DNA of 62,399 bases, counting the filler, from Choristocarpus tenellus KU-1152 (taxonomy: Eukaryota; Protista; Phaeophyceae): NCBI GenBank assembly GCA_964200185.2. It is 11 parts of 11 records of this genome, joined end to end, with 100 filler letters (N's around TTAATTAATTAA, not from the genome) between each part and the next. Parts side by side here need not be neighbours in the genome. Positions count along the whole stretch, not along the records: positions 22,336 to 29,091 come from CAXNAD020007418.1; positions 29,192 to 38,776 come from CAXNAD020003556.1; 9 more parts are not named here. One strand, 5' to 3'. The notes under the pieces are model-generated. The model ran no database searches and had not been told where the DNA came from. It saw only the letters and a program-made list of their open reading frames with translations. Every line of letters begins with the position of its first letter. Positions within the stretch are counted from its first letter, which is position 1. Positions 24,477-37,479 of this stretch are shown one piece after another. The position numbers were made by a program, and so were the translations under genes.

Positions 24477-27400
24477 TTACTGTGCCCCTCCTCCAGTGCT
24501 CACAACAGTAACTGTTGACATGGTACTGGTCATGGGAGTAGAAGAGACCTCCTTGGTCTTGATAGCAAAAGGTGCTCTTTGTGGAGCCATGGAGGAGCTC
24601 ATTGCATCGCTCGACACCATCGTTCTCGTCTTGCCTTCCACGCAAGACGACGCCTCCTCAGGGGTTTCTTTATTCACTACTGACAAATCTGATCGACACC
24701 CGGCGGCAGGGTAAGGACTTGACTTCACATCCACACCAGACTTCGCCTGAGGGGGGGGGGAGGATTCCACCGAGAGGGTGCTGCTACCCACAGGGTTGGT
24801 CTCCACGGTGGCTGACAGTCCCTGCGACTTCTCAGATTTGACTACCACCTTTTCTGAAGGTAAGGATTCACTTTTAGAGGCATTGCTAGTTGCAGGTTTG
24901 GACACCACAACTGTCGCCTCTGTCTGTTGGGAATGCGGCCCCTGCCCCTGAATGGATGATATACCCGCCGTCTTATCATCTGGCGGGAGGCAGGGACCGG
25001 GCACAGGAACCTGAACCCCCACATAGTTCACAACCACCTTGTTTCGATTCCACAGGGGAGCAACAAAGAACTGGTTGTAGAAGGGCGTCCCGTCGGCCTT
25101 GAAATTGAGTACAGTGACAGAGGCATCGCGTTCCTCCTCCACAGCCTTTTCACACACCAAAAAGGAAAAAGCAGACGATCGAGACAGACAGACAGACAGA
25201 CAGAAAGAGAAAGAGAGGGAGAGAGAGAGAGGCGGGTGGTTGACCTGGCAAACCACATCATTCTTCACGTAGCTATGTTGCTAACGGCAGGATCATGTAG
25301 GGGTAGGTAAGTGACACTAGGTAAGTGACACCAAATCAGCACCGGTGAACAAAATAGAGGGTACAAAATAGAGGATAGGTTCCTGCCAATAAAGGGTACA
25401 ATAGACGCAGAACAGAAGCTCCCGCCGAAAAAAGATACAACAGATGCAGGGCAGAGAGAGGGTCCCGCCAATAATATTTAAGGTAGGTGCAGGGGGATGA
25501 ACGGCATAGAGCAGGAAATAATAAGAAAAAAAAAATGCACACCTAACAGAAAAGAGAGGCTACGGCAAGAAAAGCCCTACTAGAAAGCGATGCGTTTGTC
25601 CTACTTCCTACAAAATCCTCGAGATGCCTTCCGTGTTCGAACCGTCCTCACTGGGGGGTGAACCAGACATCAATCGACCTTGATGAGACCCACCCCTCAC
25701 AGCAAACCACCATCAACACGCCACCAGAAACCCTCTCCCCGTTGGCTTCCCTTGAAGAATGTCCATTACGTAGCATAGGCTGGCAATCCAATGTCCTCAC
25801 CAGGTACCAGGTACCAGGTACCGGTCACCGTGCAACACAAAGTACAATAGTTCCTATGTGTTCCCAATACAAGATGAGGTGTGGTCGGCAAACCAAGCAA
25901 TCCTGCCTATTTTCCTGCATAGACCACCACAACATGCAATAAATCCACCTACACCTTGCTCCCCTGTTTACACCATCATTGGAAGCACACCTTTCCCCCC
26001 CCTCGCTTCCCCCCCTCTTTCCTCTCCTACCAACACAATCTACAGAGTACTACATGGTACTCTCGCACCAACCACCTGAGCCGCCCTCATTCAGTAGGAA
26101 ATAAAAAAAAGAAAAGAGAGACCGTAGCACTAACAAATCAACTCGGTCCCTAACACTATCTTGCTCCAAAAGAGGTTCCTAACACTATCTGACAAAACCA
26201 CCAATGGTTACAATATGCCTCTCCCCCAAACAACTAACTACAACCCTACTTAGACAATTCTGATTGCATCTATATATGTATCTATGGTGGGTGCCTTGAA
26301 ACACAACTACATGACCTGGATAACCTCGCCGCCACTTTTGAAACCTCATCACTTCAGAGGCTTGCAACAACAACAAAATATATATATATGTATCTATATC
26401 TACCAAAAGAAATTTCCAGCACCATCGCCAACGGTACCCCTACAGTAAATACAACCCCTACGACCAATACGTAACTCTAATACTATTTTTTTCCTCTAAA
26501 TTTCAAAAGTATTAATTAAAACACAAAAATGTATATATATGTAACCATACAAAAAACCCACGGAAAAATGAACCTATATATATACACATATATATTATGT
26601 ATGTATGTATGTATGTATGTATGTATGTATGTATGTATGTATGTATGTATGTATATATATTATGTATTGACACATACATAGTATTTGAGGTGCATCTTGT
26701 AGCCTACGCATTCACCCCTCGAACACCCAAATCCTGCTAACAGCAAACAAGAACCAGAGACCTCGGACAAAACGGACCTCTCGCCTGTTCAAGTATTACA
26801 ACAAGAAAAAAATGAATCACTGAAGTAAAATAATATAGACCTCATCTGAAACTGCACCACTTCCAAACATGCAAAACCTTTTCCTGAACAGAGGAATCCA
26901 ATCACATCTTTGAAGGTGGGATAAAATCATCACAACACACTCTGCAAAACCTCAAAACACACACACACACACACACACAGGCACGCACACACAAACGCGC
27001 GCGCAAACATACACAAACTTTTTTTCTTTTCTTTGAACTATACTATAATTTCTTTTTTCAAAGAGTGTATGCAGTCTCACGTCACTCAGTACACAGGGCA
27101 AATAAGCTAAAAAATAAAACGTAACAGCAACAAAAAATTGCAACCAAAAACGCCTTTTCTCGTGTACCATCAAAACTAAATTAAAAAAAAATGACTCCAT
27201 TCCAGACACGGCAATATGTGTAATAACTTCAGTCACACCAGTCACACCAGTCACAGGCCACACAAGACTCATAAATATGTTTGCGGACAACTTGAGTCAC
27301 ATGCCATCATCCACCAACACACCAAATGCAGTACTTTCAACACTGCCTTAGACCTCCCCCCCTACACCCCACGCCCCCGTACCTGGCCCCTTTCAATGTC

Positions 27401-27529
27401 ATCCCTCACAACACTGACAAGGGAAGGGCATCAGGGACACAATAGCCAGTTCAATACCTGACGAATGAGGGCCACTGCACTTGGGTCTGTCTGGGGTCCC
27501 TGAAGGAATCGGCAATTGCGACCCAGGAC
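24477..27529 (-). CDS. LOV-domain blue-light receptor, aureochrome-like, 3' part
   Basis: Exon 27529-27458 (VLGRNCRFLQGPQTDPSAVALIRQ) splices in phase 0 to exon 25145-24477 (AVEEERDASVTVLNFKADGTPFYNQFFVAPLWNRNKVVVNYVGVQ plus a 177-aa S/T/V-rich tail). The GRNCRFLQ cysteine is intact. NQFFVA and NYVGVQ resemble stramenopile aureochromes. No bZIP is visible because the 5' end is off the contig. Confidence 0.85.
26597..26655. repeat. (TATG)n microsatellite
   Basis: Direct reading; intronic. Confidence 0.9.
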
Positions 27530-27732
27530 CTGTTTATTATGATAGCACAAGGAGAGGGGGGGCGTTGTGTGGCATGGAACTAGATGAATAGCATGTAAGT
27601 ACCACCACAAAATTAAACACATGAATATTGAATTACAATCACACAATTTAAAAAGAAAAAGAAGGGCAGTCATATTACTGCTGTATATAAATACACCCCA
27701 CATTACAGTATGATAATCCGGTGTAGTGTTAC

Positions 27733-28032
27733 ATATGTATGTGTGTATGTATATATATGTGTATGTGTATATATATGTGTATGTGTGTATGTATATATGT
27801 ATATATATGTGTATGTATGTATGTATATATATGTGTATGTGTGTATGTATATATATGTGTATGTGTGTATGTATATATATGTGTATGTGTGTATGTATAT
27901 ATATGTGTATGTGTGTATGTATATATATGTGTATGTGTGTATGTATATATATGTGTATGTATGTATGTATGTATGTATGTATGTATGTATGTATATGTGT
28001 ATGTATATATGTGTGTATGTATGTATGTATTA
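27733..28032. repeat. Compound TA/TG/TATG micro-minisatellite (~24-nt higher-order unit)
   Basis: Repeats of GTATATATATGTGTATGTGTGTAT. These explain the spurious YVYICVC/HTYIHT ORFs. Confidence 0.9.
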
Positions 28033-28580
28033 TGTACGTATGTACCATCAGATGTGACAGTGCTATATCAAGCAATAGCAAAAACAATGTTTATCTGTCA
28101 AGAATACTAGCAGTACCACTGAGAAAGAATTGCGTGGTACTTGGTAGTTCTGGTATTATTATTATTATACCACAAAAATTATATAATAATTCTAGAAAAT
28201 GTGATGCGACAGGGGAGATGCCTACAGTACTTGGTTGGGGGAACTATAAATTCAGCAATAGCACCTTAGCAGAGCATAACCTCCATACACCCTCCCCCCC
28301 CTAAGTCACTCACTCCTTCAGAAGCACAAGTACAAATTGTAACAAGATAGTATCTGACAGCATCATACGGCAATATTATTCCTCTTCTTCATACCATAAA
28401 CAATGTATATTGCATAGTATATATACATATATATATATTATATATATCGATGTTCTCTCTCATTTGAAATCGAAAATGTGTTGTATGTATCTGCCTATAC
28501 ATTTTTTCCAAATCAAGAGCCAGCAAAGAGAGCACCCGCATATACTCAGAAGCATGCATTCTACACGTATCGTTCCATTT

Positions 28581-28723
28581 CCATTTCTCTGCCCCAAAAC
28601 ATCTTCATACTCTTGAAAGTCCAGAGATGTCAAAAATGCTATCCACGTTTGTTTGTATTACATTTTTATATTTCTCTACCCAGAATATCTTCACATTTTA
28701 AGAAGTCATGAGTTATCAAGAGG

Positions 28724-28755
<32 letters not shown>

Positions 28756-28885
28756 CTCCATTTCTCTGTCCCAAAATATCTTCATACTATTAAAGGTGAA
28801 GGCCCATCAAAACCAACATAAATGTATGTATTATTAATGTTATTGCTCCATTTCTCTGTCCAAAAACACCCCCTTCATATTTAAA
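28581..28885. repeat. Degenerate ~89-bp tandem repeat, 4 units
   Basis: Core CCATTTCTCTG(T/C)CCCAAAAYATCTTCATAC, with TTTCTCT at 28584, 28671, 28761 and 28851. Confidence 0.7.
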
Positions 28886-30444
28886 CACAAACTCAAATGG
28901 ACCATCTAGACCATCTAACGCCAGACACCACACATCAGCAGTTACATACAAAATTAACATAAAAATATAAAATATCCAAAAGCATCTTCAGCACCAACTA
29001 CAATGGTTTTCAGGGCCTCTTCAGCAAGCTGTAAATACACAAAAGATGGTCTCACCTTTTGTCAGATTTCATTTTTTTTTTTAAGGGGGGGNNNNNNNNN
29101 NNNNNNNNNNNNNNNNNNNNNNNNNNNNNNNNNNNTTAATTAATTAANNNNNNNNNNNNNNNNNNNNNNNNNNNNNNNNNNNNNNNNNNNNCCCGGTGAT
29201 TCTCTTCACCACCCTTGCCTGAGTGAACCACGCCGCCACAGAATCACACGATTCACATAGTTCGCATTAGTTTCCCCTTTTATGCATACATCCGTAAAAT
29301 GTCAGAGTCACTGATATGTGAATAGTTCTCATTAGTTTCCCCTTTGATACATCTATCTGTAAAATGTCAGAATCCATAGATAGATATAAAAATCCCCGCT
29401 AACCCATCTGGAAAATCTCACAGGGATAATAACAAAAAATATTCCCTCCATAATGTGGAAAGGGTATTTGTCTGTTAGACCGTTATTACCGTATGCCATA
29501 TACCATTACACGGATTGAGGTTATTTGTCAAGCAACCATGATTCCATTGGCGGATCCTCCATTAGAATGAAGTCATGGAATCTCTTCAAGGGACCAGATA
29601 TACAGATTTGGGACTGATCTTCATTATTATTCAGAGTTGTCAAACATCAAATATTCACTTTGTTCTCACGTCTTGACTTTTGGTGATCTCCCTCTCTCAT
29701 CATTCCTCAATTCTCCCTCCAAGTTCTTGTAGTCTTCCTTGTCCAACCTTAACCTCAAACTGTTGGTTACGATTTGTCTTGGTTCATCTGGTTCGTCTTG
29801 TCCAGTGATTCTCTTTACCACCATTATTACTTGGGTGAACCACGCCCCCACAGAATCACAGGATTAACAACTAGTATTAATCATCATACATAGAAAAAAA
29901 TGGTCAACGATGTCGTATCTCAATTCTATGCTGGTTCTTGTGTAGTTCGATTTGATGATGCGAGTGTATTCATGTGGACGGAGGGTGCTTATTTTTTTCA
30001 TTGCTGTATTAGTGTAGGAAACTGTCTCCTATTATGGCTGACACCTCGTTGGGCTATGTTCTCTAGCAGTCCCAAGGAGAATGTGGAAGTGGAGGATGGA
30101 GGGAAGGGGAAGTTGAGTGGGGGTGGTGGGTGGGTGGGTGGGTAGGATGAACCATAATGAACAACTAAGAAATTAACAGTCAAAAAGTGCAAATATGTAA
30201 TGCAGACTTAAACGTCACAACAGTGTATATGAAAACCGTCATGAATACATACGCCGGTAACAGATTTTTCCTTCCTGTTGTCCAGAGATCACCCTTTTAT
30301 CATGAGCAGGGTCGATACTTTTGTCACGGATGGGGATGCAGTCATGGAGATGAAACTACATTTGTGGGGCTGTCGGCTAACTAGACGTTGTGGTGGTGGT
30401 AGGAGTCAGTGAGGTAAGTCTACATGCAATGGCAGCGGGGCGAT

Positions 30445-30870
30445 AAAGAAGCAGAAAGTTTTCTGGATGAGTTGGCTCTGTACATGGTAGGAGGGAGAGG
30501 GACGAGAGGCTACTACAGCAGGAAAGGAGCTGCCAAATCCCATTTATGACGAATTGTATCTGTCACAACACAGACAGGTGGTTCTATCAATACGTGTCAT
30601 ACGTTTTAAGCTGGAGACACCAGGGAGATGGGCAAGGAGGGGTCTGTCAGATTCTTGGGATGCTTTCCTAGCTCTTCGCCCTGTGGTGTAGGGCTAAGCT
30701 ATGTTGGAGACATAGGAGGGGAGTGGTGTAGCATAGCTGGTGGTCAAATAGTATATAGATTATAGATACCTTCCACATTCATGATAACAGTTACTTTTAC
30801 AGGGGTTCTTATGATATTGAATTGGCTTTTCCCCTGACACATGTGGAAAATGCCAAGGGTATAACAATAT
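30445..30870 (+). mobile_element. 5'-truncated RLE-type non-LTR retrotransposon remnant (ORF end plus 3' UTR)
   Basis: Reads AESFLDELALYMVGGRGTRGYYSRKGAAKSHL*RIVSVTTQ. The nucleotide sequence matches the reverse complement of 58609-58900 and 57628-57845. Confidence 0.75.
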
Positions 30871-32017
30871 TGAACGATGTATAGCAACAGCAGTGTAATC
30901 AACCCTAGAGGAAAGAAATGAAGAAGGTAGAAGAAATAGAGGACTGTGGTTGACTGTTATGTCAAAAAATGTGATGGTAGTATTGGTAGCATTTCTAGGG
31001 GTGGTGAGTAGAAATACAACCACCCTAAGTACGACAAGGAATGGTCCAGGACACTGTCCAACCACATATCTTCTGTATTATTATTGTACATACTCTGGAG
31101 TGTTCTTTCCCCCCTGCTAATGTTATCACGTGCAAAGATGAACTGAGGTGATGATACCTATCTATCTGCCTGCAAAGTTACAAAATGTAGTTAAGTCCCA
31201 TAATATGGCGGTTTCATAAATGCCTGTATAACCTTGATACGAGGTTTTCTACTTTTTTCTCATCATGCTGTATATTATTATATTGTCCTTGTATGTCCTT
31301 ACTTCTATGTCTATACACTGCCCACCTCTGCTAGTCAATTGTTCTGAACATAAAAACTACTGAGAACTATCCAAGTTCAGGTCCAGACACAAAGTTAATT
31401 GTCAAGTCATCTTCTCGTTGTTCATCTCTCTTTGAAGTTACTACTACCCACATCAGGTACTAAGGATGCACTCGTGAAAATGTAGGGGCTTATTCTCATG
31501 AAGTTAGCAATACTCAATTATCACCAGCCGCTGTTCATTTTGCCCAAATATGTGGAGGCGTGTCCAAAAGTCCCAATGAAACTACAGTAGTAGTAATTGA
31601 TTCCTCCTGCGAAGTTCACTACTTACCTCCACCAGAATACTGATGGTTGTTTTGGGATCTACTTTAATTTATCGCTTCAGACAACTGTTGCCTTTTAAGA
31701 CCAAATGGTTTCATACTTTGGGTCACCTTCGATGACCTCCAAATTAAATCCATCTGCAAAAAACAAGGACCATGTGCACTGCAACCAGTTAATAAATCAT
31801 TACACTGCTGTACTCAAAAGGGCCACGATATTATATTTGGTACGGATAATATTGCCCTACTGCAGGCAGTTAGTTTAACAACACCTTTAGGTGTCTCTTT
31901 TAACATCATGCATACTACAACAATAATAGGGCAGGTCAGAAGGAGAGGGTGGATCCATCCCTCAATTTCACCTCCATCCTCATCAATGTTGTTGGGCCTG
32001 TGATGTATACCAGAAGT

Positions 32018-32245
32018 GAGTCAAAGTAAACGAGAGGTACACAAAGTTTCATTTTGAGGATGCTGGCAAATATGTAAAAAAATCGGATTTTTTGCAAATT
32101 TTGTCCAAAACTTCCAATCAATAGAGAAATCCACCCACTCAAGTCAAACTTAACACTTCATAGAAATATAGGTGAATTGCAAAAGATTGAAAAAGTTAGA
32201 ATGCAAAACGGTCAAAAACTGGGTAACTCTCGTTTACTTTGGGTC
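32018..32245. mobile_element. MITE family B (228 bp), termini related to family A
   Basis: TIRs GAGTCAAAGTAAACGAGAGGTACACA / TGGGTAACTCTCGTTTACTTTGGGTC; flanks AGT / AGG. Confidence 0.75.
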
Positions 32246-32518
32246 AGGGGTACAATTGTTACTATTACTATTGAAGAGAAGTGTGTATGTTTCTGTTTGC
32301 TAAATGGCAAGCTCTTGATGGAGGATTATGATACATTCATATATGAAGCAATCGTGGTCATTGTGGATTCTTCTCACTCAACATTGAAGCATGATTAAAT
32401 TATGGTGCGTATTACCCCACTCCACACTAAAGGATGGACGCATAAACTATAAAGCCAACTACTATAATAATTACTATGTGCCTGCCAATTATCCATGTAC
32501 TATATATATAGTCTGTAC

Positions 32519-35500
32519 TTAAACTTTCCCAGAGTATTTGTACTTCCGTTGATACTCTTCATGAAGCGACCGGAATACTACTTTTCCTGTTGCATCAAGG
32601 AGGGTATGCAAGTGCTGCATTTCGCGGGGGGTGCATATGTCGACCACAGAAAACACCCCAGGCAGAAGTGCTTCCCGAACTCCTGGCTGTAGTGCTGATG
32701 AGCCCGCCTGGTACACATACTCGGCCAGTACAAATGGTGCATAGCGCTTCAAGACCTCTTTATGAGGCCCAAAGTGCTCCAACACTCTTGAGAGGGCATT
32801 TGCTGTTGCAACCTGCTTATCTACCCCGATCCCCTGCCCCACTATGAGCTCCTGCCCAAGTGTCATCCTGGGACACTGCCCTGAGCCACCTCTTTTCCCC
32901 GCTCTTGCCCCCTCAGTGTTGACATGTCGTTGCTGGTGACATTGTTGCTGTTGTTCAGCTTCCATTGCCAGCTGATAGAAGATCCGAAGAAGGGATCTGC
33001 ATAGTGAAATAAATGGCGGTGTGCATGAGTATACCTTTATGGCATAGTGCTGCAATACTGTGCCCACGATGTGGCAAGATGTCTCAAAGCATGTGGCCAC
33101 TGCAAATCCTTTATCCTTCCAATGAGTTCCACTCTCCCTCCAATTGCAGGCTTCCGAGCAGAGCCTCAATGCTGGGTCAACTGACCCAAGAATAACAGAA
33201 ACTACTCTTGCTGTCACTGCCCCATATGGCTGCTTTGCCAGCAGGCCGTCAAGGGCTGATAGCACTCTTTTCACCATTCCCAGTCTCCACATGCACCGTT
33301 CTTTGTTTTGGTCCCTGGCCTGTCTCTTCATCATTTTCTGGAGGCAGCTGCAGAAGGCAGCCACAATACCTAGGACACGACCCTGGATTACTGCCACAAA
33401 TGCTGGTCCTCGTCCTGCTCGCACTGCGAGGTTAAGGAGTGACACTCCAGATTCAACAATTGAATTGCTGGTCAAAGAAGCAGCAAATGGGTCAATTCCC
33501 TCAACTGTTGCAGTTCCAATAGCTGCTGCTGCCATTCCTCTGGTTGTGAGACTGTCGACACAGCCATTGGATGTGAGTGTGCTAAGCAGCAAGTCAAATA
33601 TGGTTCCAAGTTGCCCCTCAGAGGCGTGCTGCACCAGCAGACAAAAGCTGGTCTGCATTAGGTGACCGTTGTTGTCCCCACTACAGCAGCCTGCACCTGA
33701 CACAGCCACAGATTGGTTGGCCAACAAAACTTTGTCCCCATTTTCTTCTCTTGCCTTGACCACTTCTGCAGAGGTTGCATTCAAGAATATAGCCACAAGA
33801 TTAGCAACTGCTTTTTCAGGCAGGGGCGGTTTTAGGAGGTGACAACACCCACATATTGATCGCAGCAAACTGTACTGGGCAACTCTATCCTCACTCATCC
33901 TGTTGAGATCAATTAGATCCCTGGGCTTTGCTCTTCTTCCATAGCCAGAGCTAGCAAAGTCTTTGAGGACACCATCGAGGTAGCTAATGATGTCCATGAC
34001 CCAGGAAGAGCGCAATCTCTCATCCCAGAAGACTTTGTCTTCTCCACCCCTACAGAGGAAGCTCAAGTGCAGAGCAACACCCCAGACATGAAGGAGACCG
34101 GGAGTGTGTGGAGGAGTGTTCTGGGGTTGCCTAAGAGTGGGTGCAGTTGCCGAAGGGGGAACAGTTTGGACAAGGCCCACTATGGTCTCAAATATTGTAC
34201 CTACTATACCGTGAAAGGTACCATGAGACAGCAGGGAGTCGTCCTTGTTCTTCAGGTTGGTGTCACTGTTATTACTGTTGTCGCGCTCACTGTCCGCCTT
34301 GTTATTCTTATCTCTTTCCTCATCTTTGGCACTGCCATCTTCACCATCATTCTTCTTCAACCTACCCTCCACAGGTACCATTCTTGCAAGATGGGAGGTT
34401 TCATAAGCAACCACACCCCACAGAACATTCTGCAGTAACTTCATGCGTGCTTCACCTTCCAATCCCCACGACTCTCTATGTTTGTTGTTCCTGCCTAGCC
34501 AGGACACTGTCTCCAAAACAGCATCATCCTCTCCGACTGCTAGGCACTGCACAACAAGGACCGGGATCAGGGCTGAAGATGATTGAAAGAGGCGATACCG
34601 CGCATCAGATTTCTCGTTGTCTGAAGGTTTCACCCCCTTCCTTTCCTCTCCCCTCAAATCCCCTTCAACATCCATCTTAACTGTGTGCCATGCCGCACCT
34701 TTGCCAATAGCAGTATGTATGACCCGCAGCAGTGAATCCCCTGGGGTGAATCCTGCATAGACGATGGCATGACCAGCAACTGTGGAGGGTGGATTTGCTA
34801 CAAGCTCTATTTCGAGTTGAGTCTTCATGAACTTTCGAAGGGATGAAGACACCATCCACAGAGCATTCTCGACTTCTGCTTTAGAAACCTTTGCTGTCTC
34901 ACTTAGAGAATCCCTTTTTTGCTCCATTTTAACAACTTCAACTTCTACGTGTGAGTCATATGCACTCCAGAGGGGGCAAAATGATGCTGTGAGACTGCTG
35001 TGAGAGCAGAGAGAGTCTAGTGATTCGGCAATGATCAGTGAGTCCCCAGCTGACGTTCCAGCAAAACAACCAGATGGAAACTGCTCCAGTAACATCACCA
35101 GGCAGTACGTTTCCTGCAAGCCTTGCCTGTAGAAACCTGGGCTTCCCATATCCCACCCTATCACCACTCCCTGCTCCATTGGCTGGTGAGCTCCATCCTT
35201 CCTAACCAAACCACTATCACCTCCTGAAATGCCAAGTGTCATCCCTGCAGACCCTGTGGATCCACACCCAAGTCCTTCTGTGGTCATGGCTTGCATGACT
35301 TTTGCAAGTTTGTTCAAGGTGGTGCAGCCATTAACCTTGCTGACTTGGGCTGGGGAGGCGCCCACAACCTCCAGAACAGCACAGGAGCTCTTGCGCAAGA
35401 TCACAGCTGGAGCTGTATGATAGAAATGTATGGACAAAAGCATGAAGAGGTTTATGTCATTGTGCCTGTTGTTAATAATGGAAGGAGATTTGTAGAAGGT

Positions 35501-36982
35501 TCCTACTACACCATGTGTGTGTGAGCTGTAGCGAATAACTATTACTGAACCCCCCCCCCAAGACTTAATGCGCAGAGATTTAGACTAAGTTACTGTTAAG
35601 CTGCATGAGGCTTGTATTAACATCATGCTGGCAGCTGCAGAGCAGCAACACAAACCCACACAATTCCAACCAGCAAAGGTAAAGTACTAGAGGGGGAATG
35701 AGATTCAGAGCAGAGGAAGAGGAGCTCACAGCATACAATGCACTCACAATATTTTGGCATCGAGACACAGAACAAGTAGATATTGGATTCAAGGTTTTGT
35801 GGAGATGCTTTCAAGTGCTTCCTCGCAATCCTACTTTTTACCAAACAACTCCAGTGGTTAAGCCTGAACAAAAGAGATTAGGGGAAAGTCTCTAACCCAA
35901 CAAAATTCTCCTAGGATTTTGTGTCTACTACTAATAGACCCACATGCAAGGAGACATGAAGACTTGTCCCTCCACTCTCATTTTTGTGAACTTGAACTGT
36001 GAAAGGCAGGTTGTTCTTCTCATACTGCCCCGTTTCAAAACCACTAAGCCCATGCATTGCTATAATTGTAACAGCACCGTGTATACAATACTAGGACAAG
36101 TACGGCATGTTCAAGGCTACATGTGCGAATTGGTCCTGGTAATACACCCCATTACATCTACAAACCCTATGCACATCAACAAGAGACTCTGAAACGTGGT
36201 AAAAACCAGATTCATCTGGAGGAGGACCAGACTGATTTTGCTGTGGATCAGGTACAACTACAATAAGAATCCTTTTGTAATGCCAAGGTGGGCGGCTCTA
36301 ATGAGCTTTAGAGCTCTGTGGGAGCTCCAGCGTGCTTTAAGGCACTCTATAATCCAGTGCTAGTTGTAGGTGCTACTGAACCTAAGTGGCATCATCAGAA
36401 GGTCAACATTTGTCACATATTGAAATCAATGAGTGAAGCCGGATTTGTGTTCCTCTCAAGAAGATGAAATGAGTCTGTCTTTGATTTGCTTGAGACTCTG
36501 AACAGACCTCCCAATAAAAGTATATACTTAGAGAAGTATAAAAGAACTAGAGGAAAACCAACCACCAGATAAACAATAACTCTTTGCATCCCCTGGCTCT
36601 GATACCATGGTTTTGGAAGCAGGAACAGTAGCAAAAATCGATCTCTATATTCTTGCTCATGCACCCTCCTACTACTACACTCTTACCTTTTTCATTCCCA
36701 GTCGAACCCTTCTACCCCACATCCCTTTCCCATCAACATGCCCAACTTTGGCAATCAATCACTACTGCCACGAAAACATTTCATTTGTACTCATGCCCAC
36801 AAAAAAAAACGTGAAACAACTCCAGAACTAGTATCCATTGGCATGGCATACCCACCATTTTCTGCCACTGCCTTATACTCAAAGAACGAGGTGTCAGTCA
36901 GCATTTGCAAAGGTTCACTCCATGCACCTCCCAGAATATCCACTGCAATTCTTGAGAAGAAAGCCTCCAAGAAAGCCACCAC
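32519..36982 (-). CDS. URB2: URB2/Npa2 ribosome-biogenesis protein, 3' part
   Basis: A 2.9-kb terminal exon at 35412-32519 (the 974-aa ORF) ends ...KRYAPFVLAEYV...VREALLPGVFSVVDICTPREMQHLHTLLDATGKVVFRSLHEEYQRKYKYSGKV*, the typical Urb2 C-terminal domain. A phase-compatible upstream exon is at 36982-36856 (VVAFLEAFFSRIAVDILGG...). Confidence 0.85.
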
Positions 36983-37442
36983 CTTCAATGGTCAGCCACA
37001 AAAGGTCAAGGAATGGATGGGTCAACACTGCCTATAAGGGTGAATGTTTTCACCAAACAACTAAACTCTCCTGTTCACCCCAAATTCTTGAAGTTGTGCT
37101 GTTTGGAGTACTACTAATACATTAGCTCATAGTGTTAGGGATAACACACTGTTCATCTGAATGGTCTTGTCTTGGGGACCACAATCATCCGTGCACCTCC
37201 CACAAAAAGAACGGCCCACCAATTGCATGTACCCATATCTAATACTCGAAAAACTAGTCTATTAAATATCTACATCGTTTTACTAGTAAGAACTTGAGCA
37301 AGCAATTCAATTACCCAACCGCCTCATTGCCATTAAAATGATCACAAATAGTCCGCAGCATGGTACAACGTTTATGGCAAAAAAGGATATATATGAGATA
37401 CATTACTACAAGTCAAAAAGTGTCATGCACATGCCTATCCTC

Positions 37443-37479
<37 letters not shown>

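Noticed and set aside
27431-28304. Long ORFs of HTYIHT / YVYICVC repeats
   Set aside because: Microsatellite read-through; only the 72-nt LOV exon (27529-27458) is real.
28581-28885. Repeat-spacer appearance (conserved ~38-bp core, ~50-bp variable spacers) suggestive of CRISPR
   Set aside because: Cores are degenerate, spacers resemble each other and contain AT microsatellite, the context is eukaryotic non-coding DNA, and no cas genes are present. It is an old tandem repeat.
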